From an uncultured bacterium (lineage in GTDB: Bacteria > JAGOEH01), in assembly GCA_964632485.1 (NCBI GenBank), contig CAZWDO010000005.1, positions 20,249 through 84,248 on the forward strand: a stretch of DNA of 64,000 nucleotides, read 5' to 3'. This document shows positions 19,435-29,978 of the stretch, piece after piece; the first letter of the stretch is position 1; the number at the start of each line of letters is the position of its first letter. The notes under the pieces are model-generated. The model searched no databases, was not told the DNA's origin, and was given only the letters and a program-made list of their open reading frames with translations. The position numbers and the translations under genes were made by a program.

Positions 19435-22400
19435 ATGAGTTTTAAACGATTCCGTCATGTTTTGCCCTGGCTGATATGGGGTCTTTTTTACGGCCAATAT
19501 CCGATAACAATGGGGCAGGAAATCCATTTCAATACAATTACTGTACCCAATGGACTAAGTCACAATACGACATATTCAATTTGCAAGGACTCAACTGGGT
19601 TTATCTGGATTGGCACTGATGATGGATTAAACCGCTTCGACAGCTATAGCATCAAGGTTTATCAACGACAATATCAGCAGTCCAACACACTTAGCGACAA
19701 TAAAATATTATCCTTGCATCTGGACAAAACTGGCATTCTATGGATCGGTACCAAGTTTGGCGGTTTGAATCGCTTTGACCCTCTGACCGAATCGTTTAGA
19801 TCGTATCGACACGATCCACTGGATACAAACAGCATCGCATCCGATCAGTATTTGACTGAGATCATCGAAGATCAGCAAGATCGTCTATGGATCACCCATA
19901 ATAAAGGAGTGGACATTTTCAATCCGCAAACCGGAGAATTTACTCATTACACATCAACCGATACCGATTATACCTCCATGGAAGCCAGATTTTGCTGGTG
20001 CATTTACCAGGAATCGGAACATATTTTTTGGGTGGGATCCCAAAAAGGCCTCTATCGGCTGGATGAATCTACTCAATCATGGAAACTGATCGTACTGGAT
20101 TTCCAAGATCGGATGACAGCTAAAAATGAAAATGTCCGGGCGCTTTGCAAATACAATGAGGATACGCTTTTGATCGGTACCAACCAGGGATTAGTAATTT
20201 TCAATTGCCGCGACTATTCTTCTAAACGATTGCTAAAATTTGGCAATCACCCGGATGCTCCGTCTGATAACAGCATTCGCTCAATCTATACAGAAACGCC
20301 GAAACGAGTCTGGATCGGTACCACCGAAGGCCTGGTCTTGTGGAATCCTCTTTCTGAGCAGTTTTCCTATTATCGACATAGCGCAAACAAAATGAACACG
20401 ATCGGGCACGACTTAGTCTATAGCATATTTAAAGACAATGAAAGCAATTTCTGGATCGCTACCGCCGGGGGGGGGCTCAGCTATTTCAATCTTTTACCCA
20501 AACGGTTTCTTGGAACAGTCGATTTAATGGGGGATTCTTTAAAATTGACCCATACGGATTTATGGGCGATGGGCGAAGATCATGACGGCAATCTATGGCT
20601 GGGCACTTACCAGCATGGTCTCAATCGGTATAATCCAAAAACCAGGGTATTTAATCAATATCGAAGAAAAAATGACGAACCCCACTCGCTGTCCAGCGAT
20701 TATATTCGTGTGATATTGATGGATGGAGACGGAAAAACCTGGGTGGGAACCTCCAGGGGACTTAACCTGTTTCTCCCGCAGTTGAACGGATTCCGTCAGA
20801 TATGTTTTAAGGGACTTTCCGTAGCCGACTCACTATTGTTAAATGACGTGTGGACGGGATACTACGAGAGCGACTCCACACTGCTCTTCGGCTGCGTCAG
20901 CAAACTCATTCGATTGAATACCCGCGATTTTACGATACAAAAATTTTCATTCCCCTTTGATTCATCGGTCTGGCTCTCCAATGTCATTACGTCCATCGCC
21001 ATTGATTCCGAAGGAATGATCTATGTTACGACCAATGGGAGGAGTGTTTTCATCCTCGGGCCTTCCGGCGCGCTATCGCCCATGGAATGGCCCGATTCCT
21101 TAGTGAGTTCAGCGCAACGGATTTCTTCCATTTGTTTTGATCATCGAAACCTTCTCTATCTGGGCACCATTGGCCAGGGGGTCATTGAGTGTAATCGCTC
21201 CACCCGGCAGTTTCATACGTATTCAATGAATGACGGATTGCCTTCCAATGATATCTGCTATATATATGAAGATCCCGGTCAGAATTTATGGATCAGCACT
21301 AAAAAAGGATTGACGCGCTATATGCGGGAAACTAAAACCTGGCAATTTTTTAATCAGAGCGATGGTCTGCATGACATTGAATTCAACAACGGCTCGTTTT
21401 GCAAATCCGCTGACGGGACTATCTATTTTGGTGGGACAGCGGGATTTTCCTTTTTTAAACCCGATTCGATTTTTAGTATCACATCCGTTCCAAAAGTGGT
21501 TTTAACCGAATTCCTGGTCAATGGGAAACCAGTTATTCTGCCACCTTCTTCATCAACTCCCATCCATCTCGCTCTTTCCTTTAAAGAAACCAATATCGCC
21601 TTTGAATTCGCCTGCTTAGACTACATCGAACCCAAGCGCGCTTATTACGCCTATCGGCTCGAGGGTATCGACGCAGATTGGATTTTTCCCGGTAACCGAC
21701 GATTTGTTACCTATGCCAATCTGACCGGAGGGACCTATAGACTCCAAATTAAAAACGCCAATCGCGATCATTTATGGAACGAAAAAGGGATCGATATACG
21801 CCTCGTCGTATCCAATCCGCCATGGAAACAATGGTGGGCCTATCTGATCTATGTTGGCGCGGGGATGCTTTTGATTTATTCTTTTATCCGTGTAAAAACC
21901 CAAAAACACCAGCAGCGGTTGGCAGAAAATATTCGCAAATTTACTGAACTTATTACGTCGATTCTCGATATCAAAGAAGTCATGCAACGCCTGCTACAGA
22001 ATCTGAAGGAACTGGTACGCTATCAAATTGGAGTAGGATTACTGGCCGACAAATCAGGTTTTCAGCTCATTACCAAAATCTGCGCGGATAACCAGCCCAA
22101 TCAAACTGAATCCATTAATGAGTTAACCAGTACTAAAATGATTGAGTATCTCGAAGAAAACCATCAGGCCCGGGTAATTTATGACATCCGGAAGCAAACG
22201 CCGCTATCGTTATCGGGAGTTCTGGTAATAATGCCGCTGAACGCCCGCGATCATTTGATCGGCATTATCATGCTTTATAGTCCGGCGCGGGAAACCATCC
22301 AAAAAACCGATCTGGATATCGCATTTGCTACGGTGGCTCAAACCGCCATCGCCGTGGATAATGCCCGGTTATTCACTGAAGTGAGACGATTGGCCATTAT

Positions 22401-22908
22401 TGATGAACTGACCGGAATTTTCAACCGGCGCCATTTTTTTGAACTCGCTGAACGGGAATTTAAACGTTCAAAACGATATCAACAACCCCTGACCTGCCTG
22501 ATGATCGATATTGACCATTTTAAAAAAGTTAACGATACATTTGGCCATGATTGCGGGGACGCGATCCTCAAACTGACGGCCGCAACCATACTCAATTCGA
22601 TCCGGGAAAATGATATCTTTGGCCGCTATGGCGGAGAAGAGTTTGCCCTGATCATTACCGACACCCCCCCCGGGCGTGTTCTTATCGTTGCCCAACGCCT
22701 GCTGAATCTGATCCGAGGCCAATGCGTCGATTCAGACTATCCCGACTGTTCCGTTACAATCAGCATCGGAATTGCCTATTTAGAAAAAACGGACCAACAA
22801 TTGTCCCATCTGCTTAAAAAAGCCGACCAGGCCCTTTATACTGCTAAACGGGAAGGCCGCGACCGGCTGAACGTTTTCGGTTTATCTGCCGACGAGAATG
22901 ACCGTTGA
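19435..22908 (+). CDS. membrane diguanylate cyclase: periplasmic two-component-regulator beta-propeller / Y_Y_Y sensor, TM, GAF, GGDEF
   Basis: Many 'W[IV]GT..GL..F/Y' propeller blades. TM 'WWAYLIYVGAGMLLIY'. GGDEF domain with 'RYGGEEFALI' and 'LMIDIDHFKKVND'. Confidence 0.75.
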   Translation: MSFKRFRHVLPWLIWGLFYGQYPITMGQEIHFNTITVPNGLSHNTTYSICKDSTGFIWIGTDDGLNRFDSYSIKVYQRQYQQSNTLSDNKILSLHLDKTGILWIGTKFGGLNRFDPLTESFRSYRHDPLDTNSIASDQYLTEIIEDQQDRLWITHNKGVDIFNPQTGEFTHYTSTDTDYTSMEARFCWCIYQESEHIFWVGSQKGLYRLDESTQSWKLIVLDFQDRMTAKNENVRALCKYNEDTLLIGTNQGLVIFNCRDYSSKRLLKFGNHPDAPSDNSIRSIYTETPKRVWIGTTEGLVLWNPLSEQFSYYRHSANKMNTIGHDLVYSIFKDNESNFWIATAGGGLSYFNLLPKRFLGTVDLMGDSLKLTHTDLWAMGEDHDGNLWLGTYQHGLNRYNPKTRVFNQYRRKNDEPHSLSSDYIRVILMDGDGKTWVGTSRGLNLFLPQLNGFRQICFKGLSVADSLLLNDVWTGYYESDSTLLFGCVSKLIRLNTRDFTIQKFSFPFDSSVWLSNVITSIAIDSEGMIYVTTNGRSVFILGPSGALSPMEWPDSLVSSAQRISSICFDHRNLLYLGTIGQGVIECNRSTRQFHTYSMNDGLPSNDICYIYEDPGQNLWISTKKGLTRYMRETKTWQFFNQSDGLHDIEFNNGSFCKSADGTIYFGGTAGFSFFKPDSIFSITSVPKVVLTEFLVNGKPVILPPSSSTPIHLALSFKETNIAFEFACLDYIEPKRAYYAYRLEGIDADWIFPGNRRFVTYANLTGGTYRLQIKNANRDHLWNEKGIDIRLVVSNPPWKQWWAYLIYVGAGMLLIYSFIRVKTQKHQQRLAENIRKFTELITSILDIKEVMQRLLQNLKELVRYQIGVGLLADKSGFQLITKICADNQPNQTESINELTSTKMIEYLEENHQARVIYDIRKQTPLSLSGVLVIMPLNARDHLIGIIMLYSPARETIQKTDLDIAFATVAQTAIAVDNARLFTEVRRLAIIDELTGIFNRRHFFELAEREFKRSKRYQQPLTCLMIDIDHFKKVNDTFGHDCGDAILKLTAATILNSIRENDIFGRYGGEEFALIITDTPPGRVLIVAQRLLNLIRGQCVDSDYPDCSVTISIGIAYLEKTDQQLSHLLKKADQALYTAKREGRDRLNVFGLSADENDR

Positions 22909-25011
22909 CAATGGATTAACCAGATAAAGTTCCTGAGGGTCGAGAACCACTTCCTGGCTTTCATCCATAAAATCTGCTCCTGGAGGTAGCGACGTATCAA
23001 TTTTCCGATACCATTTTTTCGCATAAAACTCGGGGATTTTGACAGCTTGTAAATAGGGAGCGCTATTGATAATTCTGAACAATAAAGGGTATTCGTTGGG
23101 CTGCCGGCTGTTATCTAATAAACCGCAAAGAAGGAACTGATCCGGTTCCGACCAATTAACCGCTTCCAATTCATAATTGAACCAGGCCAAATCGGGCACA
23201 AAATTTCCACTGATATCTTTCCCGGGCAATATATTGCGCGTTAAAAATAACTGCAACCGAAACCGCAGGGCTATCAGCTTGCGCACAAAATCATGAATAT
23301 CGCGATATACTTGCAGATATTCCCAATTGTACCAACTAATCTCATTATCCTGACAATATGCATTGTTGTTGCCGTGTTGAGTCCGCATCCACTCATCACC
23401 GCCGAGGATCATCGGAATACCAAACGAAAGAATCAATTGGGTGAAATAGTTTTTAATAGCCTTTTTTCGTAAACTCAATATTTCAGGATTGAACGATTCC
23501 CCTTCGCATCCAAAATTTTGCGAGAAATCGAACGGGATGCCATCCTGATTATTTTCCAGATTGGCTTCATTATGTTTTCGTTCATAAGAAACCAAATCCG
23601 TCATCGTCATGCCCTCATGGCAGGTGATATAATTAACACTGTAAAAAGGCGTGTGGCCGTCGCACCGATAAAAGTCCGAGGAACCGGTTATGCGCCAGCT
23701 TAAATCGCGGATTAGTCCCGGCCACCCTGCATTAAACTGACGGATCGTATCGCGAAACCGTCCGTTCCACTCCCCCCAATCAAGGGGAAAATCAATTTCC
23801 GGGTGAGATGATCGATACCAGGGCTGGGCAATCAGTTTAATGCGACTTAATACCGGATCCTGCATGATAATATCAAAAAAAGAGATCCAGCGGTGATGGG
23901 CGTCCGCTTCCCGACCAAACAATGCCGACAAATCCAGACGAAAACCATCCACATGCATCACTTCCACCCAATAGCGCATTACATCCATCATCAAGCGAAT
24001 CACCTGGGGATGGTTTATATTCAGAGAATTGCCGCAACCGCTAAAATTATGATAATACCGATAGGGTTCATCTTCAGTACCCTTCAATAAATAATAGGTC
24101 AAATTATCGATACCCTTAAAATGGATCGTTGGACCCAGTTCATTGCCTTCGCCCGTATGATTAAGCGCTAAATCCAGAAGAATCTCCATTCCTGCAATAT
24201 GCGCTTCCCGTACCAATGTCTTAAACTCATCCACCTGACATCCGGCATATCGACCGGTGGAATAACTCCACTCCGGCGCGAAAAATCCAATCGTGTTGTA
24301 CCCCCAATAATTTTTCAATCCCTTATTCAATAAAATATCCTCATGATAAAATTCCTGAACCGGCAACAATTCAATCGCATTGACCCCCAACTCCTGAAGA
24401 TAGGGAATCCGCTCAATGAACCCAAGATATGTCCCGGGAGCAGATACTCCCGATGATGGATGGGCGGTAAATCCCTTTACATGAGTTTCATAAATTACCA
24501 ACTCCCCAAAAGGAATTTCAAGAGGCCGGTCGCCATGCCAGTCAAACCGATCATTATCCACAACAATTGATTTCGGCGCCAAACGATAATTACATTGTGA
24601 ACCCTTTTTTAAATCAGCGTCCGAATTTCCACGGACAAACCCGTCAAATAACCCGTCACTATTCGTATATTTTCCGGTCAATGCCAGGGCATACGGGTCC
24701 ATCAACAAACAATTCTCATTATGCCGTAATCCATTTGCCGGATCATACGGTCCTTTTATCACATACCCGTATAATTGACCCGCTTGAACTCCCTCTATAA
24801 ATACATGCCAGATATATTTATCGCTCACATCCAATCGAATGATGTCAGTCGGATCCTCCGAGGGATCCGTAAATAATAATAAAAATACATCTTCGGCGGT
24901 TTGACTGTATAGCGCGAAATTTACCCCATATCGCTCAATAGTTGCGCCCAGCGGATACGATCGTCCCGCTCGGGTTCTCTTGTCAGTAATGCTTCCAATA
25001 AGTGGATTCAT
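22882..25011 (-). CDS. GlgX / isoamylase-type (GH13) debranching-enzyme homolog with substituted catalytic residues
   Basis: N-terminus 'YPLGATIERYGVNFALYS' and GH13 regions 'LDLALNHTGEG', 'DGFRLDLSAL'. Region III reads 'KLIAQPWY' where the GlgX/TreX consensus is 'KLIAEPWD'. Region IV reads 'ITCHEGMT' where the consensus is 'AHDG'. Overlaps the 3' end of the convergent GGDEF gene by 27 nt. Confidence 0.7.
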   Translation of the reverse strand: MNPLIGSITDKRTRAGRSYPLGATIERYGVNFALYSQTAEDVFLLLFTDPSEDPTDIIRLDVSDKYIWHVFIEGVQAGQLYGYVIKGPYDPANGLRHNENCLLMDPYALALTGKYTNSDGLFDGFVRGNSDADLKKGSQCNYRLAPKSIVVDNDRFDWHGDRPLEIPFGELVIYETHVKGFTAHPSSGVSAPGTYLGFIERIPYLQELGVNAIELLPVQEFYHEDILLNKGLKNYWGYNTIGFFAPEWSYSTGRYAGCQVDEFKTLVREAHIAGMEILLDLALNHTGEGNELGPTIHFKGIDNLTYYLLKGTEDEPYRYYHNFSGCGNSLNINHPQVIRLMMDVMRYWVEVMHVDGFRLDLSALFGREADAHHRWISFFDIIMQDPVLSRIKLIAQPWYRSSHPEIDFPLDWGEWNGRFRDTIRQFNAGWPGLIRDLSWRITGSSDFYRCDGHTPFYSVNYITCHEGMTMTDLVSYERKHNEANLENNQDGIPFDFSQNFGCEGESFNPEILSLRKKAIKNYFTQLILSFGIPMILGGDEWMRTQHGNNNAYCQDNEISWYNWEYLQVYRDIHDFVRKLIALRFRLQLFLTRNILPGKDISGNFVPDLAWFNYELEAVNWSEPDQFLLCGLLDNSRQPNEYPLLFRIINSAPYLQAVKIPEFYAKKWYRKIDTSLPPGADFMDESQEVVLDPQELYLVNPLSTVILVGR

Positions 25012-25128
25012 CTATACCCTCACATGTTTTATGTTAATAACCCATCCCTTCGCAAACGGTTCCCTTTTTCAACTAGATGAAGTATAGGAAAAAAAACTCA
25101 AATAGTCAAGATTTTTTTAAAAAATCGC

Positions 25129-25157
25129 TTGACAAAATTGATCCGACACAATATATT
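25129..25157 (+). promoter_or_regulatory. sigma70-type promoter TTGACA-17-TATATT for the tetR efflux operon, followed by an AAACT-N5-AGTTT inverted repeat
   Basis: TTGACA 25129-25134, 17-nt spacer, TATATT 25152-25157. 'AAACTAAAACAGTTT' and direct 'AAACTAA' repeats lie between the promoter and the RBS; these are candidate TetR operators. Confidence 0.45.
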
Positions 25158-25208
25158 TATGGAAACTAATAAAACTAAAACAGTTTCTATAGTTTAGAGA
25201 GGAGTTTT

Positions 25209-25823
25209 ATGAATAGTAGCGATGAGATCAAACTCAGGATTGCCCGGCAGGCATTTCCCCTTTATGTTCAGTTTGGATTTCGCAAAGTGACCATGGACGA
25301 GGTTGCCGCCGCCTGCACGATGAGCAAAAAAACGATCTATCAGTATTATCCCGGGAAAAAGGAATTGATTCGAAGCTGTATGCAGCTAATTATGAGTGAA
25401 ATTGCTTCCACCGTATCCACGGTAGTAGAAGACAAAATGCGGTCGTTTGACGACAAGGCTCGAAACTTGTTGTTTATATTAGCGGAACGGAATCGGCTTT
25501 TATCCAAGCCGCTTGTAGCTGACCTCCAGCGGGAAACCCCCGACATTTGGCGCGAGATGGTTGAAATTCGTCAACGTAACATCGAACGTTATTTCAGCCG
25601 TGTACTGGAACAGGGCATTGAGGAGGGTTATATTCGTTCTGACATTCCCATGGATATTGTGATCATAGCACTCATTCAAATGATTCAGGGAATAGTGACA
25701 TCAGAGAACTTGCAACGAATGCCATACTCAGCCCAACAATTAGTGAATATGATCTTTAAAATAATATTTCAGGGAATTTTAATTCACCCCATCAACCTTC
25801 AAGGAGGCCAATCGTGCGTTTAA
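25209..25823 (+). CDS. TetR/AcrR-family transcriptional regulator
   Basis: GAGAGGAG RBS. N-terminal HTH 'FGFRKVTMDEVAAACTMSKKTIYQYYPGKKEL'. Confidence 0.8.
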   Translation: MNSSDEIKLRIARQAFPLYVQFGFRKVTMDEVAAACTMSKKTIYQYYPGKKELIRSCMQLIMSEIASTVSTVVEDKMRSFDDKARNLLFILAERNRLLSKPLVADLQRETPDIWREMVEIRQRNIERYFSRVLEQGIEEGYIRSDIPMDIVIIALIQMIQGIVTSENLQRMPYSAQQLVNMIFKIIFQGILIHPINLQGGQSCV

Positions 25824-26785
25824 TAACCGTTTATTTACTGATTCTGACGGCATTTATTGCCTGTGGTAACAATAATAGTCAAAAGGCTGAGGGCGCGGGA
25901 ACGATAGAGGCTGATGAAATTCGCATAACAGCGCGTATTCCGGGTGAGGTCGAAGATATCCGTATCAAACAGGGGCAACGAGTGCAAAGGGGCGACACGC
26001 TGATCATCCTGGACCATGAGGCGTTGGAATGGCAGCAAACCCAGGCATTGCAGGCAAAAAATGCTGCGGAATCACAGTGGCAACTGATGGTACAGGGCGC
26101 CAGGCAGGAAGATATCCAGTTGGCTCAGGCATTGACAAAAGAAGCAGAAGCCAACTTCCAGCTTGCGGAAAATGATTACAAACGCTTTGAGGAACTATAT
26201 CATCAAAACAGCGCGACTGAAAAACAGTGGCAGGAGATGCAGGCCCGTTATGAAATTGCCAGCGCTAAACGCAAGTCGGCACAGCTTAATTTAACCAAAA
26301 CGCTCCATTTTTTCCGTAATGAAGAACTAAAAGGCGGCCGGGCGCGATACGAACAAGCCGCAGCCGCATGGGAACTGGCGCGATTACGATTTAAAGACGC
26401 CTTTTCAACTGCTCCACGAGGCGGGATCATTACAGCCTGTCCTATCGAGATCGGAGAATACGCCATGATGGGGACGCCGATGTGCGTGATTAGCCGACTG
26501 GATACGGTTAATCTTGTTATTTATCTGCAAGAAAGCATGTTAAGCTCAATTCGCTATGGGAGTGAAGCGACTATTACGCTGGACGATCAAAATCCTCAAC
26601 CGCTCAAGGGATATGTATCATACATTTCACCGCAGGCAGAGTTCACACCGAAAAATATCCAAACCCGCGAAGACCGCATCAAGCTGGTTTTTGCCGTGGA
26701 AATTGAAATACCCAATGCTGGACTGCGAGCAAAACCCGGACTCCCGGCCGATGCAGAAATTCTCATCGACATTCCCTTACCGTAA
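25814..26785 (+). CDS. HlyD-family membrane-fusion (periplasmic adaptor) protein, YbhG-like
   Basis: GTG start with AAGGAGG RBS overlapping the tetR end. Lipoprotein-like 'LTAFIACG' and coiled-coil central region. The adaptor C-terminal beta-barrel motif is present. Confidence 0.75.
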   Translation: MRLITVYLLILTAFIACGNNNSQKAEGAGTIEADEIRITARIPGEVEDIRIKQGQRVQRGDTLIILDHEALEWQQTQALQAKNAAESQWQLMVQGARQEDIQLAQALTKEAEANFQLAENDYKRFEELYHQNSATEKQWQEMQARYEIASAKRKSAQLNLTKTLHFFRNEELKGGRARYEQAAAAWELARLRFKDAFSTAPRGGIITACPIEIGEYAMMGTPMCVISRLDTVNLVIYLQESMLSSIRYGSEATITLDDQNPQPLKGYVSYISPQAEFTPKNIQTREDRIKLVFAVEIEIPNAGLRAKPGLPADAEILIDIPLP

Positions 26786-26794
26786 GGATTAAAA

Positions 26795-27706
26795 ATGACC
26801 CAGCCCATCATTGAAATCAACAACTTAATCAAACGGTTCGATTCAGAGGAAGCGGTCAACATCCCTCAGCTTGAGATATTCCAGGGGGAGCTCTTTTGCC
26901 TGGTCGGTCCCGATGGAGCCGGAAAAACCACCACCATCAGGCTGTTATGCGGACTGCTCAAGCCGGACACCGGATCGATCAGCATGTTCGGAACTCAGCT
27001 CCAAACCCGGTTGCATGTTCTTAAAATGCGATTCGGATATCTTTCTCAACAGTTCAGTCTCTATGGTGATTTAACCATAGATGAAAATATCGAATTTTTC
27101 GCGGCATTACATCATCTGAAGGATTTTAAAACGCGTCGCACTGAATTATTGAACATGATGCGTCTGACCCCTTTCCGCAACCGTTTGGCGGACAAATTAT
27201 CGGGAGGCATGAAGCAGAAACTGGCGCTGGCCTGCACGTTGATCCACCAGCCGGAGATCATCTTTTTGGATGAACCGACCACGGGGGTCGATCCGGTATC
27301 ACGCCGCGAATTCTGGCGTCTGTTGTGGCAGCTATTGCAGGAAGGACTGACCATTGTCATGTCCACTCCCTATATGGATGAAGCAGAACGCGCCCATCGG
27401 GTCGCTTTCATGCATCAATCACGTTTGCTCATTGTCGATTCGCCCGCAGCGATCCGCGCGGGACTGAACAAAGAGATTTTGGAATTCACCTGTGACCCTA
27501 TTCGGCAAGCCTGGCAAGTATTGAAAAACTCTGATTTTCACGACAAAATTCAGGTACTGGGAGATCGCCTACATATCCTCTCCACCACAGGAAGTGACGA
27601 TGAACCCGTAATTCGCGATCTTCTGGAACAACATCAGATTACAATCCTCACTGAACGCCAGGTGGAACCATCATTAGAAAACGTCTTTATTAGTCTGCTC
27701 GGTTAA
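26795..27706 (+). CDS. ABC transporter ATP-binding protein (ABC-2 type), first of two
   Basis: Walker A 'GPDGAGKTT', signature 'LSGGMKQKL', Walker B 'IIFLDEPTTGVD'. Confidence 0.85.
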   Translation: MTQPIIEINNLIKRFDSEEAVNIPQLEIFQGELFCLVGPDGAGKTTTIRLLCGLLKPDTGSISMFGTQLQTRLHVLKMRFGYLSQQFSLYGDLTIDENIEFFAALHHLKDFKTRRTELLNMMRLTPFRNRLADKLSGGMKQKLALACTLIHQPEIIFLDEPTTGVDPVSRREFWRLLWQLLQEGLTIVMSTPYMDEAERAHRVAFMHQSRLLIVDSPAAIRAGLNKEILEFTCDPIRQAWQVLKNSDFHDKIQVLGDRLHILSTTGSDDEPVIRDLLEQHQITILTERQVEPSLENVFISLLG

Positions 27707-27730
27707 TTGGTAACATATAAACGAGGTTCT

Positions 27731-29059
27731 ATGAAAACACTATTACAAGCCACTCTTTTGGCGACCATCACTTTCATATCATCAATTTCCCATGCGGTTA
27801 CGATGAATCTGGAGGAAGCCATCAATCACGCGCTACGGCAGAATCATCAAATCAAACAACTCCAGCATCAACGGCAAGCATTAAAAAACCAAAAAAAGGC
27901 GGCCCAAAGCGGATTATTGCCAGCATTATCCGTCAACGCCTCCTATACTCATTATAGCGATATCGAACCTTTTTCCATCCAGATACCCCTCCCCGGCTGG
28001 CAGCCTTTTGAGCTGATGCCCAATATTCCGAACCAGTACGGAATGCGCCTCACCCTCAGTCAACCTTTGTTTACGGGATTTCGTTTAATCTCCTCCATCA
28101 AGCGGGCGGATTATGCGTATCAGGCGATGGATGCCCAATCGCTATTAATGGAAAAAGAGCTGATCTACCAGATCCGCAAAAGCTGGTGGCAAACGCAGTA
28201 TTTAATCCAGGTATGCAAGTTGACTGAAAAATCGATGAATATGCTGGAAACTCATGCGCAACAGATGAAAAATTATCATCAACAGGGATTAATCACCCTG
28301 GCTGAAGTATTGAATGTGGAGGTGGAATGGCATTCCCTACGGCTTACACTGACGCAGAACAGGCATCGGCGGGAACTGAGTGAGTTAATGGTAAAAAATC
28401 TGTTAGCCATGAATCCGGATACGCCCTTGATCATGAGCGATACCATCCCCGAATTATGGGAAAAGCGGGATGACCCTGAATTAAAAGACGCCTGGGTCCA
28501 TCATCTGCAATTGGAACGATTACGCTGGGAAAAAGCCATGGAGCAAACCCAGGTGACTACCGCGAAGGCGGACTTTTTCCCACGAATCATGCTGATGGCC
28601 AATTGGACACAGGCGCGGCCCAATCAACGATTTTTTCCCCTCTCTGATGAATGGAACAATTATTGGGATGTGGGAGTCGTATTCAGTTGGGATATCTGGA
28701 ATTGGGGTCGGGACTGTTATCGGACGAACGCCGCGAAGGAATCGGTGGCCGCCAGGGATGAAGCAATCAGTCAAACAACGGCGAATTTAAAAATGGAATG
28801 GGCGCGCATTAACCAGCAACTCAGGGAAAATGAAGAACGTTTAGTTCTCACCGCTCAGTCTCTGGAAGCGGCCGAAACCCACTATCAGGAATGGAAACAC
28901 CAGTTTGATTCAGGGATTCTACTGAATTCGCGCTTATTGGAAGCGGAAACCGCGCTTTATCGATGTCGGGTGGAACGCGCCGACGCGCGGATTGCCTATC
29001 AACTCTCCCTGGCAGAACGGGACCGATTTTTAGCGGGATATAGCGATGAACGCCATTGA
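27731..29059 (+). CDS. TolC-family outer-membrane efflux protein
   Basis: ATG 27731 with CGAGG RBS. The track start at 27707 is TTG abutting the upstream stop. Signal peptide present, and the paired alpha-helical/beta-barrel repeat character typical of OMF proteins. Confidence 0.7.
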   Translation: MKTLLQATLLATITFISSISHAVTMNLEEAINHALRQNHQIKQLQHQRQALKNQKKAAQSGLLPALSVNASYTHYSDIEPFSIQIPLPGWQPFELMPNIPNQYGMRLTLSQPLFTGFRLISSIKRADYAYQAMDAQSLLMEKELIYQIRKSWWQTQYLIQVCKLTEKSMNMLETHAQQMKNYHQQGLITLAEVLNVEVEWHSLRLTLTQNRHRRELSELMVKNLLAMNPDTPLIMSDTIPELWEKRDDPELKDAWVHHLQLERLRWEKAMEQTQVTTAKADFFPRIMLMANWTQARPNQRFFPLSDEWNNYWDVGVVFSWDIWNWGRDCYRTNAAKESVAARDEAISQTTANLKMEWARINQQLRENEERLVLTAQSLEAAETHYQEWKHQFDSGILLNSRLLEAETALYRCRVERADARIAYQLSLAERDRFLAGYSDERH

Positions 29060-29978
29060 AGTCAATGAATTAACCCGAAATTTCGGGAACTTTTGCGCGG
29101 TTGACCATCTTTCTTTTACAGTGGAGCCAGGCGCGATCTTTGGATTTCTCGGCGCAAACGGCGCCGGCAAATCAACGACGATCCGCATGCTCTGCGGGCT
29201 CCTTTCCCCGAGTTCCGGCGACGCATGGGTCAATGGATACCATATTACACGCGATATTGAAAAACTGCGCGGCCATATTGGTTACATGTCACAACGATTC
29301 TCGCTTTACAACGATCTCAGCGTCGATGAAAATCTACGGTTCTTTGGCGGTGTTTACGGACTTTCTCCTTCACAATGCCGACACCGGATTGATGAAACCC
29401 TGGAACTGCTGAGTTTCACCGGCCATCGGCAGGCATTGACAGCGTCTTTACCCGGTGGACTTAAACAGCGTATCGCTCTGGCCGCAGCATTGCTCCATCA
29501 ACCCGGCATAATTTTTCTCGATGAACCCACCGGTGGCGTTGACCCGGTTTCCCGCCGCCAGTTTTGGGAACTGATCAACACGATTGCCCACGCCGGAACA
29601 ACCGTTCTTGTTACCACTCATTATCTGGATGAAGCCGAATTTTGTAACCAGATCATCATGATTCAAAACGGACGGTTGGTAGCCCAGGGCGCTCCCCAGA
29701 ATCTAAAAACCCAAACCATTCCCTATCCAATGGTTGAAATTAGCTGCCAATCCCCGATGGCAGTCGGAGAAAAATTAAAAGAAATCCCTTACATTAAGGA
29801 TATTTCATTGTTTGGTAAAAAAATCCACCTCCAACTCGACCAACGGGAGCGAATTGAACGGGAATTGCCCACACTTTTACGCTCGCTCGCGTGCGATAAT
29901 TTTACAATCGAACCGTTGGTTCCGTCGTTAGAAGACGTTTTTATCCATCTCATTGATACTCATCCGGGAGGCGCATGA
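29046..29978 (+). CDS. ABC transporter ATP-binding protein (ABC-2 type), second of two
   Basis: Walker A 'GANGAGKST', signature 'LPGGLKQRI', Walker B 'IIFLDEPTGGVD'. 14-nt overlap with the tolC-like gene. Confidence 0.85.
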   Translation: MNAIEVNELTRNFGNFCAVDHLSFTVEPGAIFGFLGANGAGKSTTIRMLCGLLSPSSGDAWVNGYHITRDIEKLRGHIGYMSQRFSLYNDLSVDENLRFFGGVYGLSPSQCRHRIDETLELLSFTGHRQALTASLPGGLKQRIALAAALLHQPGIIFLDEPTGGVDPVSRRQFWELINTIAHAGTTVLVTTHYLDEAEFCNQIIMIQNGRLVAQGAPQNLKTQTIPYPMVEISCQSPMAVGEKLKEIPYIKDISLFGKKIHLQLDQRERIERELPTLLRSLACDNFTIEPLVPSLEDVFIHLIDTHPGGA

